The notes below the pieces were generated by a model. That model was not told the origin of the DNA. It saw only the letters and a list, made by a program, of their open reading frames with translations, and ran no database searches. Below, piece by piece: positions 11,114-21,166 of a stretch of 64,000 bases of DNA. A program made the position numbers and the translations under genes. Position 1 is the stretch's first letter. The number at the start of each line of letters is the position of its first letter. Source of the stretch: Thecamonas trahens ATCC 50062 (taxonomy: Eukaryota; Protista; Apusomonadida); contig NW_013657670.1 of NCBI RefSeq assembly GCF_000142905.1, positions 335,498 to 399,497 of the forward strand. The letters run 5' to 3'.

Positions 11114-12472
11114 TTACACCATCGGGATTGCGCCATCGTAGTCGTCATCGTCGTTGTCGCCAAGGTCGAGAGCGGCGGTAGGATCGAGGTAGGTCTCGCA
11201 GTCGGGGCAGCACCAGGCCGACGTGGTTGGCGGAGCATGTAGGCCAACACAGGTCGGATGGAAGCCCTCGGCGCAGCCATCGCAGAGAATGAGGATCTGA
11301 CTCTTGTCGCCGACGTGGCCGCAGGCGGCACACGGTTCATCCGGATCCGACGCGACCATGGCTACCGTTGCCGCATCGGTCCGCAGCTCTTGCAGGGCGG
11401 GAAACAGACCGCGCATGTCTTCGACCTTGGGCACAGACTCAGCGTTGTGGTTAAAAGTGAGGTCGAGGAGTTCGAGCCGATCGGCGCAAAGCATGCTTGG
11501 GTCGGATCTCAGCGCGTCGCAAAGTGCGGCGGGGTCGAGAGAGTTGTCCGAGAGATACAGCGCTGAGAGCCATGGCAGCGAGCCAAGAGCCACACGATCG
11601 GCCGCAAGCTGGTTCGATGATAGATCTAGGACAGTGAGGTGCGGTCCCAGGATCCGATCCGTGTTTCCGGCGTCAGTGCGGAACTCGCGGAGCTCGGTGG
11701 CAGCCAGCGCAAGGACCTGCAATGTCGGTGCATCGAGGATGACGGCGGCGTCAAGACTGACCAGCGGATTGCTTGAGGCGATGACGACAGTGAGTGCTCC
11801 GTTGTGGCGCGGGAGTGCATCGGCAAGCGCGTGGCCGTCCGACAGCGCATTGGAGCTGACGTCGATGGTGACGAGCGCACCGCAGCCTGCCAGCGCTGGA
11901 GGAAGCACACTGAGCGCGTTGTTGCGCAGGTCCAGGTGGACTAGATGCGCCAATGGTGCCGATAGCGGCAGTTGCCTCAGCACTCCGTTGCGAATCATCA
12001 GTGCTTGCAGGCCGCTCAGCGCGTCGAGCGGGCCGTCCAGCGCCTTTAGCACCAAGGCTGGCGTACGAGTCCAGGATGGGGCGTGGATGAGTATGCCGAG
12101 CTCGGGCGCGGCAGCAGCAAGCTTGGCCAGCGGCAGCGATGGAAGGCAGAGCTCCGAGGCGTCAATGCCCGACGCCTGCGGCACCAGCGGGAGCGAGATG
12201 AGCACGGCCTCAGACTCGGCGGTAGCCGGCACCAGCCGGGCAAACAGGCCAGGATACGGCTCGTCCAGCAAATCTGCCTCAGTTGGGCGACCACGACCTG
12301 GGCGCCTCGCAGCAATCGGCACAGCGGTCCACGGAGCCGAGAGACAGGCAGCGACGCAACCATGCGGGTCTTCATCACCAGGAGCAGCCCACGACGGGAG
12401 CATGGCCGCCGCCGCATCTGCCGCCTCATCCACAGGCACAGCAGCATTACCTTCATCCATAGCCACAGCCAT
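11114..12472 (-). CDS. Leucine-rich repeat protein with C-terminal PHD finger
   Basis: LxxLDLxxNxL repeats; C4HC3 PHD CAAC...ILCDGC..GFHPTCVGL.....AWCCPDC. First plausible ATG at 12472. Confidence 0.8.
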   Translation of the reverse strand: MAVAMDEGNAAVPVDEAADAAAAMLPSWAAPGDEDPHGCVAACLSAPWTAVPIAARRPGRGRPTEADLLDEPYPGLFARLVPATAESEAVLISLPLVPQASGIDASELCLPSLPLAKLAAAAPELGILIHAPSWTRTPALVLKALDGPLDALSGLQALMIRNGVLRQLPLSAPLAHLVHLDLRNNALSVLPPALAGCGALVTIDVSSNALSDGHALADALPRHNGALTVVIASSNPLVSLDAAVILDAPTLQVLALAATELREFRTDAGNTDRILGPHLTVLDLSSNQLAADRVALGSLPWLSALYLSDNSLDPAALCDALRSDPSMLCADRLELLDLTFNHNAESVPKVEDMRGLFPALQELRTDAATVAMVASDPDEPCAACGHVGDKSQILILCDGCAEGFHPTCVGLHAPPTTSAWCCPDCETYLDPTAALDLGDNDDDDYDGAIPMV

Positions 12473-13102
12473 GGCAGGTTGATAAAGCGAGGCGAGACGG
12501 AGAAAAGGAAAAGCAGAAAGAGAGAGAAAGTGAGAGAAAGAGAGAGAGAGAGAGATGCTCTTTGCTGGCTTGGCTTCGACTTTGCTCCGTAGGCCGGGCA
12601 AGTGCCTCACCCAAGTCAAGCCATCAATGGAAACAAAAGCAACATGCCAGGGCTGCCCACGACCCGCCGACGGCTGCTCAGCGCGTGCTCGCTCGATGAA
12701 AGTTAGTTAGAAAACGGGTAGNNNNNNNNNNNNNNNNNNNNNNNNNNNNNNNNNNNNNNNNNNNNNNNNNNNNNNNNNNNNNNNNNNNNNNNNNNNNNNN
12801 NNNNNNNNNNNNNNNNNNNNNNNNNNNNNNNNNNNNNNNNNNNNNNNNNNNNNNNNNNNNNNNNNNNNNNNNNNNNNNNNNNNNNNNNNNNNNNNNNNNN
12901 NNNNNNNNNNNNNNNNNNNNNNNNNNNNNNNNNNNNNNNNNNNNNNNNNNNNNNNNNNNNNNNNNNNNNNNNNNNNNNNNNNNNNNNNNNNNNNNNNNNN
13001 NNNNNNNNNNNNNNNNNNNNNNNNNNNNNNNNNNNNNNNNNNNNNNNNNNNNNNNNNNNNNNNNNNNNNNNNNNNNNNNNNNNNNNNNNNNNNNNNNNNN
13101 NN

Positions 13103-13176
13103 CCCCCCGTCGGCCACCCGCCGTCCGCCCCTCGTCGGCCACCCGCCCTCCGCCCCTCGTCGGCCACCCGCCGCCC
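13103..13176. repeat. About 25-nt tandem repeat (cccctcgtcggccacccgccNtccg), three copies abutting an assembly gap
   Basis: Three near-identical units directly after the N run. Confidence 0.75.
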
Positions 13177-13282
13177 CACCGTCGACCGCCTGCCCCACCA
13201 AAGGATGTGGCAGCGACTATGACTGTAGCAGTAGCAGTGACTACCCCTCTCTCTCTCTCTCTCGCAAGGAGCCAACCGAAAC

Positions 13283-14698
13283 ATGCTGTCCTTCCTCCAT
13301 GATATCCCGCTTGTGGGTTCTGCCTATGCCTGGTTCTTGGTCCTTCTGGCTGCTGCCTCCTACGTCTCGTTCTACACCTACGTGGGTATGTCCAACCAGC
13401 CACCCTCTTCCGTGCTACCCCCTCCCCCCCCCCGGGGCTGGCCTGTGCTGTAGACACTACACCACAGGCCACCAGTCCACCCATCATCCATCACATACCA
13501 CCACTCACTCTATCTCCTTCCCCCCTTCCCCCCCCCTCTCCCCCCCTCTCCCCCCTCTGCAGTGCCTTTCTTCATTCAGGCCTTCCTCCTCAACGAGCAG
13601 AACCTCAAGGTACGACACACCCTCTCCTCCCTCATCCCCTCATCCCCCCCTCTCTCTCCCTCCCTCCTTCCTCCCTCTTTCCTCCCCTATCTATCTATCA
13701 TCCTCACCCTCTCATCGAAATATGCGCAGAACAAGTACGATGCCAAGTGGGCGGTGGTGACCGGTGCGTCGTCGGGCATCGGCCGGGCGCTGACCGAGAA
13801 GCTGGCGTCGCAGGGCGTGTCTGTGGTCATGGTGGCGCTGGATGACCAGCTGCTCGAGTCGTTCCATGCTGACATGTGCTCGCAGTATGCAGACGTGGCC
13901 GATGTGGAGTTCCGCAAGGTTGGCGTCAACCTCGGCTCGTCGGGTTACCTCCAGGTCATTGCCGAGGCCACCGAAGACATTCCGGTCCAGCTGGTGTTCA
14001 ACAATGCCGGGTTCGTCATCACTGGCCTCTACGCCGACGTCCCGCTCCCTGCGCAGCTGGCCAACTTTGAGTGCAACGCCGCGGCGCCAATCCACATCAC
14101 CCACCTCTTTGTCAACCGCATGCTCAACCAAGGCCTCCGCGGCGCCGTCTGCTTCACCTCATCGCCGGCCGGCCTCATGCCCGCCCCGCTCACCGTCATG
14201 TACTCGGCGACCAAGTCGTTCCTCACCACCTTTGCCGCCTCGCTCGCTCCCGAGATCAAGCCCGACGGCATCGACGTCCTTGTTGTCCACCCGTCGCCGG
14301 TTGACACTCGGTTCTACGAGGGCAACACCCACGATCTCGACGCCATGCGCGCCTTCCAGAAGACTGCCTACCCGCCGACCACCATTGCCGCCTGCTTCTT
14401 CAAGTCGCTCGGCCGCTTTGTCATCCACGACCAGGGCTACTTTTCGCTCTCGCTCCGCATGCTGATGAAGACCGTCGACTACAACTTCCTCGCCCTTGTC
14501 TTCTCGCGCACCGCCTCTATCTCGGGCGACTACACCAAGACCAAGAAGGATCGCCCGCTGCCTGATGACAACTCTGGTGGCCTTGTCACTCCGCGCCGCT
14601 CCCGCTCGGTCTCGGCTGTCTCGGCGGCCGACTCGGTCTCGCGCTCGGTCTCGCGCTCGGTCTCGCGCTCGGTCTCAGTCGCAAACCGCCGCCGCTGA
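13283..14698 (+). CDS. SDR, very-long-chain 3-oxoacyl-CoA reductase/17beta-HSD-like; join(13283..13385, 13563..13609, 13730..14698)
   Basis: N-terminal TM exon, NLK|NKYDAKWAVVTGASSGIG, NNAG and catalytic YSATK. GT-AG introns are in compatible phases. Confidence 0.85.
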
Positions 14699-14994
14699 TC
14701 ACTGTCTTGCCTAAGTCTGTAGAAATCACGATGGCCAGCGCGTGCAAGGGACACAGAGTACACAGCTAGAGTCTCTCCCGCTTTTTTCTCCCCTTTCTCC
14801 AACCCAGTACCTCCATCAGCCAACACCGACCGCTGGGTCAGCCAAGTGAGCGGTCGTCCGACGGGCTGCGGTCTGATCACGGCAGCCGAGTGTGAAGGGC
14901 CAGGGAGGCAGAGGGCGGGGCGGGGCGGGGGGGGAGACGAACTGGAAAAACACATCTCTGCCCAGCCGAGCTGACAACCCCACGGGTAGAGAGC

Positions 14995-16251
14995 ATGGCG
15001 GATGACGTGCAACTGTACGAGGGGGCGGAGAAGACGCTGCGTGTGCTGTTTGGCAGCTCTGGCGTCCTTCGTGAACAATCGCCGTGTCATCCTCCGACTC
15101 ATGGAGCCGGGCCACGAGGAGACGGGCATGGCCTTAGCGGAAGCGAGAGCGGACGGGAGACGCTGGTGGATGTGACCCGAACGCAATGGGCTCAGTTGCT
15201 TGAGCCGACAGGTTGCACCATCCTCTCCGAGCTCCGCACCTCGGCTGCCTGTGCGTATGTCCTCTCCGAGTCGTCGCTCTTTGTGGCTCACGCCGAGGTC
15301 ATGGTCAAGACCTGCGGCCAGTCACACCTTCTTGCCCTGCTGGCCCCGCTGCTGGAGCTGGCCCGGGGCCTAGGCCTCACTCCGCGCGCCCTCTCTTACG
15401 GCCACAAGGCTTTTGCATGCCAGGATGCACAGCCGGCGCCGTACTGCGATGCCTTTGCTGCTGAGATCGGCGAGCTTGATGCCGTCCTCGCCGCTGCATC
15501 GCCGGCTGCGGCTGCGCCGACGGCGGCTGCCTCCGTCTTTACCGGGCCCGGCGACACGTATTGGGTGTACCACGCTGCGTGGACAGCCCCTGACTCACCG
15601 GCATCCTTCACCCTGCCTGCACCGGCCGACTTTGGTGCCCTGGCCAAGCTCGAGATCATGCTCGTCAATCCCGACACCGCCGCGCTCGCCCAGTTTGACG
15701 TCGCTGCCGTCCGCGACGCTGCGCTCGCCGATCCTCTTGTGGAGCGCCCGGTCACTGCCGCCGAGCTGCTGGACATGGTGCCGCCGGCGAGGCCCGTCCC
15801 GGGGGCAGGCGCCGAGCCGGCGGTGGGCGACTCGCCGCTTGCGGGACATCTCGTCGATGCTCACGTCTTTGATCCGTGCGGCTACTCGTTCAACGCGCTT
15901 GGCGCGCCAGGTCTGGCGCGCGCCACCACTCCGTTTGCCACCGTCCATGTCACGCCCAACGCGCCAGCGCCGTATCTCTCGTTTGAGACGTCCGAGTCGA
16001 GCTTTGCCGCCGCCGCCCGCGCCTTGCCGACCATGCTTGCCAAGTGCCGGCCACAGCACGCGCTGCTGGTGGTCACCGGCGCTGGCGATGACAAGCTGGC
16101 AGGCGCCGACGCGGTCGCCTCGCTCGCTGCCCGCCACGGCTATGCTGCTTCGACAGCCAGCAACCGCCCGCTGCCGACCAAGCTTGATCGTCCCGGGGCT
16201 TGTCTCGTGGACCTGCCGGCCGTCTACCATCTCATGCCACGCCCGCAGTAG
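14995..16251 (+). CDS. AMD1: S-adenosylmethionine decarboxylase proenzyme (eukaryotic class 2)
   Basis: YEGAEK, AYVLSE|SSLFV autocleavage site, KTCG, FDPCGYSFN, TVHVTP and LSFET. Confidence 0.88.
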   Translation: MADDVQLYEGAEKTLRVLFGSSGVLREQSPCHPPTHGAGPRGDGHGLSGSESGRETLVDVTRTQWAQLLEPTGCTILSELRTSAACAYVLSESSLFVAHAEVMVKTCGQSHLLALLAPLLELARGLGLTPRALSYGHKAFACQDAQPAPYCDAFAAEIGELDAVLAAASPAAAAPTAAASVFTGPGDTYWVYHAAWTAPDSPASFTLPAPADFGALAKLEIMLVNPDTAALAQFDVAAVRDAALADPLVERPVTAAELLDMVPPARPVPGAGAEPAVGDSPLAGHLVDAHVFDPCGYSFNALGAPGLARATTPFATVHVTPNAPAPYLSFETSESSFAAAARALPTMLAKCRPQHALLVVTGAGDDKLAGADAVASLAARHGYAASTASNRPLPTKLDRPGACLVDLPAVYHLMPRPQ

Positions 16252-16281
16252 CTCGGCCTCCTCGCCTGAGAGTAACACCCT

Positions 16282-17892
16282 TTACGGCTTGGTCCATGAT
16301 GTGGCCTTGGTCTCTGTGTTGTAGTAGTAGACCTTGCCGTCGGCAGTGTGGGCCTTCTTCCACTCGGCCTTACCCTTGCCCTTGCCCTTGCCCTTGCTCT
16401 TGCCCTTGCCCTTGCCCTTGAGCAGCGGCTGGGCCTCATTGACCGACCGGCGCGAGCGCGGTGCAGCATTAGACGACGACGACGAGTCCGAGTCGGACGA
16501 GTCCGAGTCGTCATCGTCATACAGCCTCGCCGGCTTGGACTTGGGTGGGCGCGACCTGGACTTGGACTTGGACTTGGACTTGGCCTTGGCCTTTGACTTG
16601 GCCTTGGCCTTTGAAGGGAAGTTCTCGACAAGCGGTGGTGGCACGTTTTCGGGCCCGATGCGGTTGACCTCGACCACGGTTGCAGTCTGGCCGCGCTGGT
16701 ACTGCGAGATGAGCTGCATGGCAAGGAAGAAGCGCTCACGAGTAAGATCGTCACGGCGGCGAACGTCGGCCAGCCGCCACAGCTTGGTCGCGGTCGGCTG
16801 TGGAATCGACGGCAGTCGCCGCATAAACCGCGAGACCTTGATGGCTGAGACCTGATCCGGGTTGATGTCGTCGCGGCAGAGCTCAAAGAGCGACTCGAAC
16901 GCAGGCGTGTAGTTGATCCCGCCCGCGGCTGCCAGCGAGCCCGACGACGGCAACGCGCCGTACTTGGAACGCATCTTGGTGTACTGCACAATCATGTACA
17001 CGCCGCAGGCGCAGCCGGCCAGCGCCAGCACGCCGCCGCCAATGCCAATAAAGATGGCGCCAACGTTCGAAATCGTCGGCTTGGTCGGCGCCGGCACCGG
17101 CGAGTTGGTCGTGCTGTCTCCAGAGCTTGTCCCAGAGCTGGTCTTGGAGGTACTCGGACTTGTCGTTCCCGTGGCAGTTGTCGATGACGAACTTGACAAC
17201 GTCGTTGATGACGAGCCCGTAACAGACGTCGACGATGATCCTGTGGCGGTCGTCGACGATGATCCTGTGGCGGTCGTCGACGATGATCCTGTGGCGGTCG
17301 TCGACGATGACCCCGAAAGCGTCGTCGATGACGATCCCGTGGCCGACGTTGACGAGCTCGTAACGGTTGTCGACGACGAACCCGACGAAGTCGACGACGA
17401 GCATCCGCCGGCGCAGGCGTTGCAGTGTGAGACCGAGATGGTGGTGACGCAATCCGTGGTCTCGCCGTAGACAAAGCTTGGAGCCGAGGTGACCGACTGG
17501 TCGCAGTTAAAGGTGATCTTACCAACGTTGGCCTTGCCGCACGTGCCAGACATGGCGCCATCAGGTAGGGTCATGACCACGCCATCACCCGAGGTAGCCT
17601 TGGCAAAGGTCGGCTCGTTGAGGCCAAGCTGCTTGGAGCCGCCGTCCCACTCCTGGCAGAGAGCCACGTTTGCTGGCGAGGTACACTCGGAGACGGCCAG
17701 GGCCTCACAGACCGCCAGCAGGTATGTAAACTTATCACCGTCCTTGGCCTCGTAGCCCTTACCACCGTTCTGAAAGGCTGACAGATCCACATCACCCAGG
17801 CCACAGTCTGCGCCGTCTGCCAGGCCAGCCATGGCCACGCACGTGACGACGACCACCGCCACCATGACATGCCACACGCCACCCACAGCCAT
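16282..17892 (-). CDS. Type I membrane protein: signal peptide, MRH (M6P-receptor homology) domain, Ser/Thr stalk, TM, EH domain, Lys-rich linker, WW domain
   Basis: Single intronless ORF. MRH Cys pattern (DLS..YLLAVC..CQ..ITFNCD..E..CV..AC); TM VGAIFIGIGGGVLALAGCACGVYMIV; EH-like LWRLAD....DLTRERFFLAMQLI...PPP; WW EWKKAHTADGKVYYYNTETKATSWTKP. Confidence 0.85.
   Translation of the reverse strand: MAVGGVWHVMVAVVVVTCVAMAGLADGADCGLGDVDLSAFQNGGKGYEAKDGDKFTYLLAVCEALAVSECTSPANVALCQEWDGGSKQLGLNEPTFAKATSGDGVVMTLPDGAMSGTCGKANVGKITFNCDQSVTSAPSFVYGETTDCVTTISVSHCNACAGGCSSSTSSGSSSTTVTSSSTSATGSSSTTLSGSSSTTATGSSSTTATGSSSTTATGSSSTSVTGSSSTTLSSSSSTTATGTTSPSTSKTSSGTSSGDSTTNSPVPAPTKPTISNVGAIFIGIGGGVLALAGCACGVYMIVQYTKMRSKYGALPSSGSLAAAGGINYTPAFESLFELCRDDINPDQVSAIKVSRFMRRLPSIPQPTATKLWRLADVRRRDDLTRERFFLAMQLISQYQRGQTATVVEVNRIGPENVPPPLVENFPSKAKAKSKAKAKSKSKSKSRSRPPKSKPARLYDDDDSDSSDSDSSSSSNAAPRSRRSVNEAQPLLKGKGKGKSKGKGKGKGKAEWKKAHTADGKVYYYNTETKATSWTKP
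17190..17400 (-). repeat. 24-nt coding tandem repeat encoding a TATGSSST mucin-like stalk
   Basis: gtcgacgatgatcctgtggcggtc units, three near-perfect plus several degenerate. Confidence 0.85.
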
Positions 17893-18680
17893 GACGACAC
17901 AGAAGAGAGGAAGAGGATGAGGGGGGAGGGGGAGGGGGAGGGAGGGGAGAGGAGGGGTCAGGGGAGGGGTTGGAGGTTGGGGGGTGGGGGGGTTGGGGTG
18001 GGGTGGGGTTGAGAGCGGTGTGCCTAATGGCCACACAGCCCCTCTGCCCCTGCCCCTGCCCCTGCCCCTGCCCCTGCCCCCTGACCCCTGACCCTTGCCA
18101 CTGCCTTGTNNNNNNNNNNNNNNNNNNNNNNNNNNNNNNNNNNNNNNNNNNNNNNNNNNNNNNNNNNNNNNNNNNNNNNNNNNNNNNNNNNNNNNNNNNN
18201 NNNNNNNNNNNNNNNNNNNNNNNNNNNNNNNNNNNNNNNNNNNNNNNNNNNNNNNNNNNNNNNNNNNNNNNNNNNNNNNNNNNNNNNNNNNNNNNNNNNN
18301 NNNNNNNNNNNNNNNNNNNNNNNNNNNNNNNNNNNNNNNNNNNNNNNNNNNNNNNNNNNNNNNNNNNNNNNNNNNNNNNNNNNNNNNNNNNNNNNNNNNN
18401 NNNNNNNNNNNNNNNNNNNNNNNNNNNNNNNNNNNNNNNNNNNNNNNNNNNNNNNNNNNNNNNNNNNNNNNNNNNNNNNNNNNNNNNNNNNNNNNNNNNN
18501 NNNNNNNNNNNNNNNNNNNNNNNNNGGTCCCGACCCTTCGCCACCTCGCCCCTACCCCCCCCCCCCCCCCCCCCCCCTCCCCTCCCCCCTCCTCCGTTTG
18601 GCGACACCACCACCACCACCACCACCACCACCACCACCACTCGACTCCACTTACCCATACACTCAGAGACTGGACGGGCT

Positions 18681-19460
18681 ATGGCTGCTGATCAGACTGC
18701 CGCCATGCAGGCTTACATCGAGTCGCTCGAGGAGGCCCTGGCGGAGGCGGCGGCGGCGGGCGGGACCGACTCGGGGCCGGCGAGAGCTGGACACAGTGGC
18801 AGCAGCAGCGGCAAGATGGCCAGACCGTGGCAGAGTCTGGAGAGAGAGAACAAAGCGCTGCGGGAACAGGTGGCGGCGCTGACGTCTTCGCTGGATCAGG
18901 CCTCTCATCAGATCATGGCCAGCTCGTCGCCTCGGAGGCGTGAGCGGTCGCTCCATGACCGGCTGGTGACGGCCGAGGCAAAGATCGGCGAGCTGGAGGG
19001 CCTGCTCGCCGAGCGCGAGGCCGAGCATCGGGACGATCTGGCGCTTCGCATTGAGCTTCGCAAACGGGTTGCCCGCCTTGAGACTGCGCTTGAGGCGGCC
19101 AAGTCGTCCGAGTCGCGGGCATCGGCAGGCCTCGCCCGAGCCCTCGCCGCCCACGCTGCAGCCGAAGATCGCATCACCGACCTAACCCTCCAGCTGGCAC
19201 GTGAGCAAGCTGCAAGCTGTGAGCTGAGCGAAGTCAATCAGTCGCTGACGCTGCGGCTTCGGGCGGCTGGGGCAGCGCTCCCACAAGCAGCTGTGTCCCC
19301 AACAGCGACACCCACCCGGGCAGCTATGGGCCGGCCGGCGAGCCATAGCAATGCCAGCGGGGCGCAAGGGGCAGACGGTGGAAAAGATGACCAGCAGACG
19401 CCGGCACCAAAGCGGCCGCAGACTCCACCACGGGGAGCACGAGCCGCAGCGCACAAGTGA
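18681..19460 (+). CDS. Hypothetical coiled-coil protein
   Basis: ATG 18681; heptad-rich E/L/A/R sequence (LERENKALREQVAAL...) with coding-like codon usage. Confidence 0.7.
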   Translation: MAADQTAAMQAYIESLEEALAEAAAAGGTDSGPARAGHSGSSSGKMARPWQSLERENKALREQVAALTSSLDQASHQIMASSSPRRRERSLHDRLVTAEAKIGELEGLLAEREAEHRDDLALRIELRKRVARLETALEAAKSSESRASAGLARALAAHAAAEDRITDLTLQLAREQAASCELSEVNQSLTLRLRAAGAALPQAAVSPTATPTRAAMGRPASHSNASGAQGADGGKDDQQTPAPKRPQTPPRGARAAAHK

Positions 19461-19492
19461 CCTTGAATGCCTGCAGTCATTTACAAGAGCGG

Positions 19493-20662
19493 CTAAGGTG
19501 CTTCCTGGGCAAGCAGCGCTAGCGACGAGGCAAACTTGTGGACTGCAAGGCGGGCTAGAATTGCCTTTTTGAACTCTTGCTTGTAGCGGATGATGGCCTC
19601 TTGGCTGCCAGTCGAGGTGGTGTGCGGAGCATCGACAGCTAGCCACTCGTGGTCGAGGGCCTCGGCAGCAGTGAGGCGCGTCTTGGGGTTGACGGTGAGG
19701 AGGGCTTCGATGAGGTCCTTGGCTTCGTCAGAGACATGGTCCCAGTACGGCGAAGGATAGTCGAACTGGCCGGACATGATCTGGTCAAAGAGAACCGAGA
19801 GGTTCTCGTCGTAGAAGGGCGGAAAGCCGCAGAGCAGAATGTACAGAATGACTCCGACCGACCACAAGTCAACCGGCGTGCTGTAGCCCGACGACTTCAG
19901 GATCTCTGGTGCGACATAGCCAGGCGTTCCACACGCTGTCTGCAGCCACGAGCCGTCGTCACAGACAGTCGAGAGGCCAAAGTCGGCAATCTTGACCACG
20001 CCGCCGGCGCCCGGCTTGGCAAACAGCAGGTTTTCTGGCTTGAGGTCGCGGTGGACAACGTTGCGGCTGTGAAGATACTTGAGCGCCTGGAGGATTTGCC
20101 GCACAATGCCTGCAGCCTCGGCCTCGGACAGATTGCCCTTCTGCACAATGCGCTCAAAGAGCTCGCCGCCACTGACCAGCTCCATGACGAGCACGAGTTG
20201 CGACGGCGTCTCAAAGATCTCCAGGAGCGTAATAACATTCGGGTGGTCGATAGATTGCATGATCTCCACCTCGGTCAGCAGCATGTGTGTCTTTTCTCCA
20301 ACAGCGTCCTTGTCGATGATCTTGACCGCCACCTCATCACCGCTGATGTTGTGCACGCCATGGTAGACCTTGGAGAACGAGCCCGCGCCCAGTTGCCTGT
20401 CGCCACACAGCCCAGTCCCATCACACAAACTCCTTGATAAGTCCCACCCCGTCCCATTCCCACCATCACTTCCCCTCTCCCCTCCCTGGTCATCCTCCTG
20501 CCATGCCCCGCACCCCAAGCCGCACAGCTGTCCCACCAGCCGCCCCACCCCCCCCCCTTCCCCTCTTGCCCTTCCCGCCTCTACGTACTTGCCCAATGTG
20601 TAGACCTCACCTACTGGCACGTGCTGTGCGTCTTTGATAAGATGTGCCCCAAACGCCGCCAT
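19493..20662 (-). CDS. CAMK1: Ca2+/calmodulin-dependent protein kinase I-like; join(20589..20662, 19493..20396)
   Basis: LGAGSFS, VAVKII, HRDLKPENLL, DFG, TACGTPGYVAPE and YWDHVSDEAKDLI; intron aa|gtacgt...acag|g. Confidence 0.88.
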   Translation of the reverse strand: MAAFGAHLIKDAQHVPVGEVYTLGKYVEAGRARGEGGGVGRLVGQLCGLGCGAWQEDDQGGERGSDGGNGTGWDLSRSLCDGTGLCGDRQLGAGSFSKVYHGVHNISGDEVAVKIIDKDAVGEKTHMLLTEVEIMQSIDHPNVITLLEIFETPSQLVLVMELVSGGELFERIVQKGNLSEAEAAGIVRQILQALKYLHSRNVVHRDLKPENLLFAKPGAGGVVKIADFGLSTVCDDGSWLQTACGTPGYVAPEILKSSGYSTPVDLWSVGVILYILLCGFPPFYDENLSVLFDQIMSGQFDYPSPYWDHVSDEAKDLIEALLTVNPKTRLTAAEALDHEWLAVDAPHTTSTGSQEAIIRYKQEFKKAILARLAVHKFASSLALLAQEAP

Positions 20663-21166
20663 GAATCCTCCCCCTTGGCGTCTAGAGACAGATACCCACC
20701 CTCCGCCCTCGGCTCTCCCTCCTTCCGCTCCCGCCTGCCGCCGGCCCGCTACCGGTGCTCGGCTGCCTGGCAGCACTGGCGGGCTCGGCTCTGGCTATTT
20801 TCCACACCTACTCTCACTTGATAACCCATCGCATCCATGTAAGGACATGAATCGGTGGAAGAGGGTATGTCCTTGCCATGCGCTGACTGCGTTACTTGGT
20901 CCTCGAAGCTCACCTCTGTCTCTGCTCATCTCCAGCAAGGAACGATCTAACAAAACTCATGATCATTCACCGGTCACTGTCAGCCATCCCCATCACCATC
21001 TCCATGTTGAACACCCTGCCTGCGTCACACCCGCTCACATTGCTCACACACACACACCGTCTCCTCCCCCTCTCATCTTCCCTCCTCCCCTCACCCCGAT
21101 CCGCACTCACTCTTCTCCTTGCGGGCTCTGTGACTCGAGCTGGGCATCACTCGTCTCGCGGTCATC

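Noticed and set aside
13103-13176. 25-nt repeats as a CRISPR-like array
   Set aside because: Head-to-tail with no unique spacers, in a eukaryotic context; an ordinary minisatellite.
14731-14769. Possible polyamine-responsive uORF (MASACKGHRVHS*) upstream of AdoMetDC
   Set aside because: It starts about 30 nt after the previous gene's stop, so is probably in that gene's 3' UTR, and it resembles no known AMD1 uORF.
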